DNA of 64,000 nucleotides. Origin: Candidatus Anstonellales archaeon (GTDB taxonomy: Archaea > Micrarchaeota > Micrarchaeia > Anstonellales > J096). The notes beneath the pieces are model-generated. The model was not told where the DNA came from, did not search any database, and was given only the letters and a program-made list of their open reading frames with translations. Of this stretch, positions 1-8,260 are shown one piece after another. A program made the position numbers and the translations under genes. The stretch's first letter is position 1. Each line of letters begins with the position of its first letter. The stretch spans positions 227,836 to 291,835 of the forward strand of contig JAWAFI010000001.1 of assembly GCA_038890615.1 (NCBI GenBank), written 5' to 3'.

Positions 1-658
1 TATGCACCTTTCCTTTATAAGCATATTCAGCACTTCCTTTACTCTGGCAGGTGCAACAGAATGCTTTTGTGAGAATTCCTCAACGCTGAACTCCCCCTCA
101 TTGGCGGTTATCCATTTTATTATTAGGCTTTTCAGCTCATCATCGCCCAATGCCTCAAGCTCTGCTATCCTTGACTTCAGTGCATCGTTCTGCTTCTGGA
201 GCTCTTCAGTAAGGCGCAGGTTCTGCTCGTTGAGCGAAAGAAGCTCCTTATGCTTTTCCTGAAGCTCATCATAAGCTTTGGTTATTTCTACCATCGAGCC
301 CTTGCGCCTTATCTCTGCTGAAAGCACCTGGTTGCCTTCCCTAATAAGCGGAAGTATGGCTCCTGCAACTGAAGCGCCATCAAAATCGTAGAAGCCATCG
401 AGTGCCAGTATTAGCGAAAGTGCTGCCTCTGCTGCCTCCAATCCTCTTTTTGCAGAGCCGTTTGAATAGGTGAACTCAATCCCTTCAGCCCCAAGCTTTG
501 CAGAATACCAAACCGCTTTCTGCCCTTCGCTGTCTCTGCTCTCAACTATCTCAAAGCCAACCCAGCCGTCCTTGATCTCTACTGAGCTGAACCTAAACCC
601 CTTAAGCAAAGGGAGCAGTTCCTTTGCTGGCTTTTTCCTTGATCCTTTAATCATCATC
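1..658 (-). CDS. Partial CDS: coiled-coil protein, N-terminal 219 aa visible, C-terminus beyond the window start. Last visible gene of the VirB4-containing operon
   Basis: My own minus-strand translation from the ATG at 658 (MMIKGSRKKPAKELL...ELQEKHKELLSLNEQNLRLTEELQKQNDALKSRIAELEALGDD...IIKWITANEGEFSVEEF...) is open down to position 1. The start overlaps the ATPase stop. Plus-strand ORFs 2..262 and 470..739 are Ser-rich antisense artefacts. Confidence 0.45.
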
Positions 659-2059
659 AAGAACCACCTCAGCCACCTTGCCTTTTCTTGTGCTCATGAG
701 AGCAAAAGTGTTCATTATCTCCTCTTCCTTTGCCCCTAATGAGCGGAAAAGCATCATTATGCTTACCCTTGAAACCCCGAATGCCTGAAGCCTTTTTGCA
801 AGCTCAACTGAGTCAACGCTGCCTTCGTTGTCCTCAAAAAACTCCTTGATTGCTGTGACCTGCTGCTCCTCAAGCCCTGCCTCTTCCATAAGCCTAATCA
901 CCTTCTCCCTTTCTGCCTTGACATCCATCTTACCACCTATTGAATATACAAGGAACGGCTCTTCGCCTTCAACCCTTTCAAGCATGAACACCTCCTTGCC
1001 TGCCTTCTTCTTTGAAAATGCCATTGAAACCGCGCACTGCCCAACAGGGGCGCTTGCTATAGATTCCTCCACAAAAGAAGAGAACCCTAAGGACTTGCGC
1101 ATGTATTCCCTGCTTTTGCCTGAGATCATCCTGAACATGAAAGCAGTGCCTGAATTGCTCAGCACATCAGGATGTATGTCCTCAGGGCTTTGTGAAGCCA
1201 CTATGACCGAAAAGTTGTACTTGCGGCCTTCCCTGACTATTGCGATTAGGTCGCTCTCGTCGCTCCTTGCCACCTTCCATGCCTCATCAAGGACAACTAT
1301 GAGCTCAACGCCCTTGCTTTCACTTACCCCTTTTTTGCGCATTTTCTCCTTTATCAGCTGGAGCACTGCAAGCCCTGCAAGGCTTTTCATGTCCTCGCTT
1401 GGAAGCTGGCTTAGGTCTATGCAGGTAAGCCTTTTGCTGAGCACAGTGTCTATAGACATGCCTTCTGAAAAAACATCAGATCCCTGAATCATCATGGTCT
1501 TTACAAGGCGCGCTGCCTTGCTCTTGCTTTTTCTCAGCAAGGAATAGAGTGTCACTATGTCTTGCCTTTTCCTTGAGTACATCTTTTGCAATGCGTCCTC
1601 TATGTCCGCCCTTTCTTCTGGGTACTGCTTCAGCCCAAGCAGGATGTCCAATGCGCCCATTACTCCTTTTATCTTTTCCCCTGGGCTTATGCCTTGCAGG
1701 GAAAGAACATTGAATTTATGCTTGCCAAGCCTGTATACAGTGCCTCCTGCCTGCTCAACCCATCTAACGTACTCACCTACCCAATCTATTATTACGGTGT
1801 TTGTTTTCCAAAGTATAGAAGCTCTTGTTATGAATGTTTTTAGCAGGTAGCTCTTGCCGCTTCCGCTCATTCCAACAACAACTATGTGTGGGTTCACGAG
1901 CCGTGAAGGGTTCCACAGCACAGGCACCTTCCTGAAAAGGGTCCTTCCTATATAGACGCCTTCTGAAGCGCTTGAATATAGCGCAGCCCAGCTAGGCTCT
2001 GGAGCAGAAACAAGAGGCACAGCCCATGCTGTCCCGCTTGCAAAAAGCCTCTGCATCAT
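647..2059 (-). CDS. VirB4/TrbE/CedB-family secretion ATPase (HerA/FtsK superfamily P-loop NTPase)
   Basis: Walker A VVVGMSGSGKSYLLK, Walker B VVLDEAWK (DEAW is typical of VirB4/TrbE), VIVASQSPEDI SQ motif. The likely start is the ATG at 2059 (MMQRLF...), which forms an ATGA overlap with the upstream stop. Confidence 0.7.
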   Translation of the reverse strand: MMQRLFASGTAWAVPLVSAPEPSWAALYSSASEGVYIGRTLFRKVPVLWNPSRLVNPHIVVVGMSGSGKSYLLKTFITRASILWKTNTVIIDWVGEYVRWVEQAGGTVYRLGKHKFNVLSLQGISPGEKIKGVMGALDILLGLKQYPEERADIEDALQKMYSRKRQDIVTLYSLLRKSKSKAARLVKTMMIQGSDVFSEGMSIDTVLSKRLTCIDLSQLPSEDMKSLAGLAVLQLIKEKMRKKGVSESKGVELIVVLDEAWKVARSDESDLIAIVREGRKYNFSVIVASQSPEDIHPDVLSNSGTAFMFRMISGKSREYMRKSLGFSSFVEESIASAPVGQCAVSMAFSKKKAGKEVFMLERVEGEEPFLVYSIGGKMDVKAEREKVIRLMEEAGLEEQQVTAIKEFFEDNEGSVDSVELAKRLQAFGVSRVSIMMLFRSLGAKEEEIMNTFALMSTRKGKVAEVVLDDD

Positions 2060-2781
2060 TCTGCCACACCTGCAAGCTCCCAAAGCTCATTGTCCCTTGC
2101 AATTGAAACTTGGGCGTTTAATGCAGAGCCAAGTATGGTGCTAAGCTCCCTTGCATATGCCCTTGCCCTTGCCAGGCTTTCGTCCCTGCTGAAGCCAGAG
2201 GCATGGGTTGATGCGTACATCTGAACATCCACTGTCTTTTCGCCCTTGGCTATCCTTTCCAGCATCCTGTCCCACATTGAGCATTCCCTTTCAAGCCCCC
2301 TCCTCTCAAAATCGTCCCTTGCCTTGGAAAGCTTTGCCTCTGCATAGCTTCTCCTTTCCTTTATCTCATCAACCATTTTTGACATGTCAACAGGCGCAAC
2401 CCTCATTGAAATGCTGAATGGCAGGTTCACTGAAGATACAACCCTGTGGAAGTTCCTTAGCATGCCCAGCCCCTTGTCCTCGCTGTCTATTGCGCTTTCG
2501 TAGAGCCATATCTTAAGGAAGCAGTAAGCTATGTAGCCGTCTTTCGATGAGGTGACAAGCGCATCCCTTTCAGGGACCATCTCATACCTTCCCCTTTTCT
2601 CTGCGATTCCCAAGCTCTTTGTTACTTTTGGGAAGAAAACATTGCCATAGTTATGCACTGCAACTGCAAGAAGGGCAAAGAAGGCGCAGGCTGCTGCAAA
2701 AAGGGCAGAGCCAAGCGCGATTGCAAGCGCAAAAGAAAGCACGCAAAACCCAAACAGCAGGTAAAATGAAACATCTTTCAT
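2056..2781 (-). CDS. Membrane-anchored protein with two N-terminal TM helices and a charged, coiled-coil-like soluble domain. Component of the VirB4 operon
   Basis: Hydrophobic N-terminus FYLLFGFCVLSFALAIALGSALFAAACAFFALLAVAV, then a Glu/Arg-rich domain. The start at 2781 (MKDVSFYLL) makes an ATGA overlap with the upstream gene, and the stop overlaps the ATPase start. Confidence 0.4.
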   Translation of the reverse strand: MKDVSFYLLFGFCVLSFALAIALGSALFAAACAFFALLAVAVHNYGNVFFPKVTKSLGIAEKRGRYEMVPERDALVTSSKDGYIAYCFLKIWLYESAIDSEDKGLGMLRNFHRVVSSVNLPFSISMRVAPVDMSKMVDEIKERRSYAEAKLSKARDDFERRGLERECSMWDRMLERIAKGEKTVDVQMYASTHASGFSRDESLARARAYARELSTILGSALNAQVSIARDNELWELAGVAE

Positions 2782-3677
2782 ATGATACCACCCGGAATGC
2801 TGGGGCCTAAGGTCCATTCTACTACCACTACCAATGATACAATAGCCCCAATCAAAGGCACTATCAGAAAGTATACAAGCTCGGCGCTTATTGCCCTGTT
2901 GACTGCCTGCACTGCGTAAAGTATGTCTTCCACAAATCTCCCTTGGCTAAGCTGGTCAAGCTTTTCTGCAACTGCATAGTTGCTGTTTATCTGGGCAACA
3001 GGAGGGGAGCTGTAAAGCGGGTTTTCAAGCACAGACGATACTGCCTGCTTGGCATCAGAAATCACTTCATCAGGAAACTGGACCATTAGGAAGATTGCTG
3101 GAAAAAGCAGGAAGAAGGAGAAGGAGAATGCAACAAGGAAGTTTCCAGCCCTTCTTGTGATGAAGAAAGCGCGCAGCAAAAGGCCAAGGGGCAGAAGGAA
3201 GGAAAAGGCAGCTGCCTCTATTAGCTCGGAGAAAGAATGCGCCAACCCGATCATTGCTGTGCTTAAGAGAAGGAGGTTAAGCTGTATTGAAATGAGGCCT
3301 GCAAGGTGGGAAAGGTTGGCAAGCGGGGCTATTGTTACCTGCGAAAAGTCAAGCACAAGCGATTGGTAATAGCCAACAAGCATTGAAAGCTGGGAATGGA
3401 GGTCAATGAGCTCAGTTGTTTCTTGCGCAATTCCGGTAAGGTAGCATGGGATAATCCCTATGCCCCCCCTTTCACAGCCCTGGAGGGTTACGATGCTCAA
3501 CGAAAGGGCTTCGATTAGGGCAAATGAGCCAACTATTGCTGCATTGATCACTGCCTGGAAAAGCTCATCTTTACCCATAAGGGAAAGCCTTGTGATGCCA
3601 AATGCAGTGCCTATGCCGAGGAGCATCCCTCCTAAAACTACAGTTATGCCAACAGCAGCTGCTGCAAGCTCAAGCAT
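2778..3677 (-). CDS. Polytopic integral membrane protein (about 6-7 TM), VirB6/CedA-like candidate
   Basis: 299 aa and strongly hydrophobic throughout (LGGMLLGIGTAFGI..., LLLSTAMIGLAHSF..., FSFSFFLLFPAIFLMV..., LIVPLIGAIVSLVVVV). It lies between the 2-TM small protein and the ATPase. Confidence 0.4.
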   Translation of the reverse strand: MLELAAAAVGITVVLGGMLLGIGTAFGITRLSLMGKDELFQAVINAAIVGSFALIEALSLSIVTLQGCERGGIGIIPCYLTGIAQETTELIDLHSQLSMLVGYYQSLVLDFSQVTIAPLANLSHLAGLISIQLNLLLLSTAMIGLAHSFSELIEAAAFSFLLPLGLLLRAFFITRRAGNFLVAFSFSFFLLFPAIFLMVQFPDEVISDAKQAVSSVLENPLYSSPPVAQINSNYAVAEKLDQLSQGRFVEDILYAVQAVNRAISAELVYFLIVPLIGAIVSLVVVVEWTLGPSIPGGII

Positions 3678-3681
3678 AGCC

Positions 3682-3939
3682 CTAAGCCGGCTTAAGCAAC
3701 CCTGATGAGACCTGCACTATTATGTCTGATGCCCCTGCTATTGCGGCTATTATGACTCCGCCTATAAACATGCCTATGGCTGTTGACTGCCATCTGCCCC
3801 TTACTTCTGCAGGCTGTGTGGCGCTTAGGCCATAGATAATCCCTGCAAGGACAATCAGGAGGACTCCGACCATTGGGGCGATCTCTTTGAGGCCGCTGTA
3901 CATGTCCGTAAGGACCTGCTGTAATTGAATCGCAAACAC
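3682..3939 (-). CDS. Small two-TM membrane protein, VirB2/TrbC pilin-like or CedA1-like
   Basis: 85 aa. Two hydrophobic helices (IAPMVGVLLIVLAGIIYGL and TAIGMFIGGVIIAAIAGA) are separated by a short charged loop (AEVRGRWQS). It is the first gene of the operon, and the minus-strand TATA sits about 25 nt upstream of its ATG. Confidence 0.4.
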   Translation of the reverse strand: MFAIQLQQVLTDMYSGLKEIAPMVGVLLIVLAGIIYGLSATQPAEVRGRWQSTAIGMFIGGVIIAAIAGASDIIVQVSSGLLKPA

Positions 3940-3940
3940 G

Positions 3941-3968
3941 ATATTATATGCTTTGACAATTTATAAAA
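3941..3968. promoter_or_regulatory. Divergent promoter region, with a TATA-like TTTATAAAA box at 3960..3968 about 25 nt upstream of the minus-strand ATG at 3939
   Basis: AT-rich box in a 102-nt divergent intergenic spacer. The spacing fits a leaderless archaeal transcript for the minus-strand operon. Confidence 0.3.
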
Positions 3969-4041
3969 CTTATGCTTAGGGAGTTAGGCGCAGCCCTTAC
4001 AATTGGAATAGAGTTTAAATACTCTATGGTGAAAACCCAAT

Positions 4042-5259
4042 ATGGCAGATACAAAATCAGTTTATGTTATTGCAGCAGTGCTGCTGGTGCTGGCAGCAGC
4101 AGTGGCATTCGTGCTTATGCAGAAGCCAGTGATGCAAGTGCCCCTCAACAAGCAGTTTGATTTGCGGGAAGGGGAAACAATGAAAATAGAAGGAGCAATT
4201 GAAGTGAAATTCATAAGGATAGTTTCTGATTCCAGATGCCCGGCAGGGGTTAAGTGCGTATGGGCAGGGGAGGCAGTGGCAGAGATAGAGGCAAAGAACG
4301 GGAGCGAAAGCTATGGGCTTTACAACCTCTCTTCCCTTTACCCAGAGAAGGGCGCTGTAAGCGTAAAGGGGTTCACGATAAGGATGCTCAAGGTTGAGCC
4401 GCAGAAAGAGCAAGGCGAAAAGCCATTGGATTATGTAGTAACATTTGTTGTTACCAAGGAGAATGTCAGCGATTTTGAGAGCTGCGCAGCTGCTGGCTAT
4501 CCCATAATGGAATCCTACCCAAGGCAGTGCAGGGCTTCTGATGGGCGGCTTTTTGTTGAGCAGGTTGCGCCCCTTTGCATGGAAAACTCTGATTGCGCAA
4601 CCGGCTTCTGCAAGGAAGGGGTTTGCTCAACCTTCCAGCCATCCTTTTCGTGCTCTGCTGATTCTGACTGCATCTTAATAAACCAAGAGAACAAGCTCGG
4701 GTGCTGCTGGGCTGGATACTGCGATGCCATAGATTATTCAAAGGAGGAGTGGATAGCAGTGAATAAGCAGTGGTTCAGCTCTGAAAGGGAGCTTTACTGC
4801 CCTCCAGAAGAGGAATGCGGGCCTTCGCCAGAATGCCCAACAGTGGTGGTCAACAGCAGCTATGAAGCAAAATGCATTGAAGGGGTTTGCGAAAAGGCGC
4901 AGGTTTTGCCTTATGATGTGGAGGCAAGTATAGGAAATGAATTTTCGCTCAGGATAGGCGAGGCAGCCCTTATAAAAGGGCATGGGATTTATATAAAGGT
5001 TGGGGATGTTGCTGCTGATTCTAGGTGCCCAGAAGGAGTGCAGTGCGTATGGGCAGGGGAGGCAGTTGTGATAGTTGAGGCCTACAAAGGAAGTGTTTTG
5101 CTAGGGGTGTTCAATCTCTCAACGCTCGACCAAACCAAAAGAGCAGGTGGGTTTGGAAGCTACTCTGTGGAGCTTGTAAAGGTTGAGCCTGCAAAGCAAG
5201 CCGGGAAGAACATAGCAAAGGAAGACTACATAATAAAGCTAAGCGTCTCTAGGGCATAA
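4042..5259 (+). CDS. Secreted or membrane-anchored Cys-rich protein with an internally duplicated domain
   Basis: N-terminal TM/signal (VYVIAAVLLVLAAAVAFVL). Repeats: ...FIRIVSDSRCPAGVKCVWAGEAVAEIEAK...LKVEP and ...YIKVGDVAADSRCPEGVQCVWAGEAVVIVEAY...LVKVEP. The central part is Cys-rich (CMENSDCATGFCKEGVC...). Confidence 0.55.
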   Translation: MADTKSVYVIAAVLLVLAAAVAFVLMQKPVMQVPLNKQFDLREGETMKIEGAIEVKFIRIVSDSRCPAGVKCVWAGEAVAEIEAKNGSESYGLYNLSSLYPEKGAVSVKGFTIRMLKVEPQKEQGEKPLDYVVTFVVTKENVSDFESCAAAGYPIMESYPRQCRASDGRLFVEQVAPLCMENSDCATGFCKEGVCSTFQPSFSCSADSDCILINQENKLGCCWAGYCDAIDYSKEEWIAVNKQWFSSERELYCPPEEECGPSPECPTVVVNSSYEAKCIEGVCEKAQVLPYDVEASIGNEFSLRIGEAALIKGHGIYIKVGDVAADSRCPEGVQCVWAGEAVVIVEAYKGSVLLGVFNLSTLDQTKRAGGFGSYSVELVKVEPAKQAGKNIAKEDYIIKLSVSRA

Positions 5260-5755
5260 GCTTTTTTGACTCTGAAAGGAGGAAATCAAGGCATTCCTCC
5301 TTCTTCCCTTTTTTCCTGTTCCACTTGCGCACTATTGCCTTGTATGCATTTGTTCTCTGCTTGATGAGGTTAGGGCTTATGCCCATCCCTTTGAGCTTGA
5401 AGAGGATGCGCGGAAGCAATGGGCAAAGCGCCCTTGGGTGCATGCTTCCATCTGACCTATAGGGGTAAGCCCTGCACACAAGAGGGGCAAAGCTGTGTAT
5501 CATGCAGGTTGTTCCTTTTAAGAATATGCAGGGGTTTGACTTAAGGGCAAGCACGTGCTCATGCATCTGCCCCTTTTCATAGCACTCAAGCACTGTGTCG
5601 TTGTCAAAGGAAAGGAGGCGAAGTGGGACTATTTCGGCAAATGATTCTGGCCTCTTTTTGGCTTTCTGGGCAATCTCAAGCACATCAAAAGAAGTAACTG
5701 TAATAGTATAGGTTGAGCAGCAGAGGGCCTTGCAAAGGGAACATATGCTTGGCAT
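5249..5755 (-). CDS. YkgJ-family putative zinc/iron-chelating protein (CxxCxxCC)
   Basis: N-terminal CSLCKALCC motif plus additional conserved Cys/His; size about 170 aa. Confidence 0.5.
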   Translation of the reverse strand: MPSICSLCKALCCSTYTITVTSFDVLEIAQKAKKRPESFAEIVPLRLLSFDNDTVLECYEKGQMHEHVLALKSNPCIFLKGTTCMIHSFAPLVCRAYPYRSDGSMHPRALCPLLPRILFKLKGMGISPNLIKQRTNAYKAIVRKWNRKKGKKEECLDFLLSESKKLMP

Positions 5756-5784
5756 TTTACCTATTCACCTAATATGCTTTTTAA

Positions 5785-6741
5785 TTGTTATGCGTATCTC
5801 TATCCATGATCTCGCTCATCCCTTTCCTGCTTTCGCTGGCCCTCTCGCTTCTCATCTACCCTAGCGCAATAAGGGCCTTAGAAGAGAGGAAGTTCGTTGG
5901 CTTGGATGTACACAGCAAGCGCTATATACCGGAGGCAGGAGGGATAGTTGTGGTAGTCTGCTTCCTTATCTTTTCCCTCCTTTCAATGGTTTTCTTTGAA
6001 GTGAATGAAACTGCTTACCTTTCAGCAGTGCTTACCATATTGTTCATGTCATTTATAGGGCTTGTTGACAACCTTATGAGCATAAGGCAGTGGCAGAAGA
6101 TGCTTATACCTCTTATAGCAGCGCTCCCGCTTGTGGTGCTGAAAGAAGGGGTTACAACCATGGCCCTGCCATTCATAGGGGCTGTTGACTTTGGGATTTT
6201 CTACACATTCCTGCTGATACCTGTGGGGGTGTCTGTTGCCTCAAACCTAAGCAATATGCTTGCCGGCTACAATGGCCTTGAGACTGGAGTTGGGCTTGTG
6301 ATACTGCTCGCCCTTATGCTTTTCTGCTACATCAATGGATATACAGAAGGAGTGCTCATAGCAGGGGCCTTGGCAGGAGCCCAGCTCTCGCTTTTCATAT
6401 TCAACATCTACCCTGCAAGAGTATTCCCGGGCGATGTAGGCACGCTTACAGTGGGCGCTGCTGCTGCCTCTCTCTCAATCATAGGCAACTTTGAGGGATT
6501 TGCAGCTATGCTTTTCATACCGCATGCTGTTGACTTCTTCATAAAGGCAGCAAACAAATTTCCTCATAGCATAATGCAGGATGAAGTCAAAGATGGAATA
6601 ATAGTGCCGAAGAAGGTCTATGGTTTCACGCAGCTTGCGCTTAAGCTGAAGCCAATGACAGAAAGGCAGCTTGCCTATGCTTTTATTGCAATGGAAATCA
6701 TTGTAGCTCTGGCAGCTTTCGCAGTGTATTTAAAACCGTAA
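5785..6741 (+). CDS. Glycosyltransferase family 4 (MraY/WecA/AglH-type), UDP-GlcNAc:dolichyl-phosphate GlcNAc-1-phosphate transferase
   Basis: Polytopic membrane protein with NMLAGYNGLETG and IFNIYPARVFPGDVGTLTVGAAAA motifs typical of the polyprenyl-phosphate sugar-1-P transferase family. Confidence 0.75.
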   Translation: MLCVSLSMISLIPFLLSLALSLLIYPSAIRALEERKFVGLDVHSKRYIPEAGGIVVVVCFLIFSLLSMVFFEVNETAYLSAVLTILFMSFIGLVDNLMSIRQWQKMLIPLIAALPLVVLKEGVTTMALPFIGAVDFGIFYTFLLIPVGVSVASNLSNMLAGYNGLETGVGLVILLALMLFCYINGYTEGVLIAGALAGAQLSLFIFNIYPARVFPGDVGTLTVGAAAASLSIIGNFEGFAAMLFIPHAVDFFIKAANKFPHSIMQDEVKDGIIVPKKVYGFTQLALKLKPMTERQLAYAFIAMEIIVALAAFAVYLKP

Positions 6742-6774
6742 CACTTTTTAATAACTTATACAACAAAATTAAAT

Positions 6775-7626
6775 ATGGGAGCATGGGATTTAAAGGATGT
6801 TATTGAAAGGCTTGCTGGGGTTTCTCAGCTATACCCCCCTATAGAGATATTCCAAAATACAGAGGATGATGTACGTGGTGTAATCAAAAGGATGCTGAAA
6901 AAGGGGAAAATGCTTGAGGAGAAAGAAGGGGAATTGGTAAATTGGCTTAAAACTATGATTCCAGAAATAGGAAAAAGGCTTAGCCTAATCTTTTACGGAA
7001 GGGCTGTCTATGGCTGTGGTAAGCAGCCACCTCTTACTGATATTGATGTGCTTGTGGAGATAAAGGATGACAGCGCCTTAAAGGAAATTAAGATAATGGA
7101 GGCAGTGAATTTCCCCCACAAGCCAATCTTCCTCCATGTAAATACAATAGAGAAGATAAAATGTAATCATAAAGCAGAAGAGCTGGCTTTAAGCTGGAGA
7201 AAGCTCTGCTTTGCCAACACGCTTTTGCTAGCCTGCGAAGACCCAGGCCATTGCTTATTAGGATTCATTGAGAAATCCAGAAAGGCGCTCATGGAAAGCC
7301 CATTCTTTAATGGGGGGATTGGTGAATTAATAACATACGCTGCTTACAAAGTAGTATACCTAAAGGAGAAGGAATTTTTCAGCAAGGGATTTGACACTAA
7401 TGAAGTATTCTTTAAGAGCATTAAAACGCCTTATATAGACATTGATATGTGCTATGACCTTTTAATGCACAACAAAGAAGTAAGGGAGGAGCTTGCCAAC
7501 AGGTTTGAAGAAGAGGAAATAAAAGAGATAACTTCTGCTGCACTAAGAAGGATAGGGGTAAAGAAGGAACTTAGAGAAGGGATTAAGAGTAAGTTTGTGG
7601 AAGAGATAAGGAAGCTAAAGAAGTGA
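6775..7626 (+). CDS. Pol-beta superfamily nucleotidyltransferase domain protein with a helical C-terminal domain (MNT/KNTase-like). AT-rich, probably accessory
   Basis: hG[GS]-x-DhD motif LIFYGRAVYGCGKQPPLTDIDVLVEIKD. GC is visibly lower than the neighbours, and the stop sits 1 nt from the tRNA-Val 3' end. Confidence 0.5.
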   Translation: MGAWDLKDVIERLAGVSQLYPPIEIFQNTEDDVRGVIKRMLKKGKMLEEKEGELVNWLKTMIPEIGKRLSLIFYGRAVYGCGKQPPLTDIDVLVEIKDDSALKEIKIMEAVNFPHKPIFLHVNTIEKIKCNHKAEELALSWRKLCFANTLLLACEDPGHCLLGFIEKSRKALMESPFFNGGIGELITYAAYKVVYLKEKEFFSKGFDTNEVFFKSIKTPYIDIDMCYDLLMHNKEVREELANRFEEEEIKEITSAALRRIGVKKELREGIKSKFVEEIRKLKK

Positions 7627-7627
7627 G

Positions 7628-7700
7628 TGGGCCCGCCCGGATTCGAACCGGGAACCTCCACTGTGTGAGAGTGGCGTCATAGCCATTGGACCACGGGCCC
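7628..7700 (-). tRNA. tRNA-Val (anticodon CAC)
   Basis: The reverse complement folds as a cloverleaf: GGGCCCG acceptor, anticodon stem CCACT/AGTGG with loop CTCACAC, T-arm CCCGGTTCGAATCCGGG, discriminator A. ORF 7452..7661 overlapping it is spurious. Confidence 0.9.
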
Positions 7701-7707
7701 TGTACCT

Positions 7708-8256
7708 TTATGGCCTTCCCGGAGGCAGTGACGGCTTTGAGAAAAGGAAATACTTCTCTTGGCCCTTCAACTCATTTATTATCCTGTCTGTAAAGGACTT
7801 TACAGGGTCTATGCCATGCACCCTTGCCCTTATGTCTTCAAAACTTTCGAAAGGCTTTGAATCCCTTTCCTTAAGTATGTGCTCCACATGCTTCTTGCCT
7901 ATTCCTGGGAGCAATTCAAGCTGGTGCACCCTTGCTGTTATTGAGCCAGCGCGGTTGAAGAAGTCAACAAACTCTTTCTCCCTTGACTCTATAACCTTCT
8001 TCACAATGATCTCCATGTTATCTTTTGCAGAAGAGCTTAGCTCGCTGTATTCCATCTTCTTCTTTATCTTTGTAATCTCATCCCTCTTGTCCTTCCCAAC
8101 ATAAACCCTCTTGCCAATAGGCAGGAAAACATCGCTTCTTGAGGTTGCCAGAAGAAGTGTAAAGAACTTCTCCCCAATAAGCTGGACAAGGGCCTCGCTC
8201 TCCTTCTGGTATGCCCTCTGCGGGATAAAGTCAATTACATAAGCATAATCTTCCAT
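7708..8256 (-). CDS. DUF655/COG1491 predicted RNA-binding protein with a helix-hairpin-helix motif
   Basis: Contains LLPGIGKKHVEHIL (HhH). Conserved archaeal position downstream of rpoF and L21e. Confidence 0.55.
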   Translation of the reverse strand: MEDYAYVIDFIPQRAYQKESEALVQLIGEKFFTLLLATSRSDVFLPIGKRVYVGKDKRDEITKIKKKMEYSELSSSAKDNMEIIVKKVIESREKEFVDFFNRAGSITARVHQLELLPGIGKKHVEHILKERDSKPFESFEDIRARVHGIDPVKSFTDRIINELKGQEKYFLFSKPSLPPGRP

Positions 8257-8260
8257 GGTC

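Noticed and set aside
2-1487. Plus-strand ORFs 2..262, 470..739 and 828..1487
   Set aside because: They are Ser/Leu-rich, low-complexity translations antisense to the well-supported minus-strand ATPase and coiled-coil genes.
5275-5300. Hairpin GGAGGAAatcaaggcaTTCCTCC flanked by T-tracts, a possible bidirectional terminator
   Set aside because: It lies inside the C-terminal coding region of the YkgJ-like gene (5249..5755), so a terminator role is doubtful. The T6 tract right after the 4042..5259 stop may still terminate that gene.
7452-7661. ORF overlapping tRNA-Val(CAC). The N-terminal parts of ORFs 28831..29352 and 29377..29916 overlap tRNA-Val(GAC) in the same way
   Set aside because: The translations MEVPGSNPGGP / MKIPGSNPGGPI simply read through the tRNA T-arm (GGGCCCGCCCGGATTCGAACCGGG). 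The true CDS boundaries lie outside the tRNAs.
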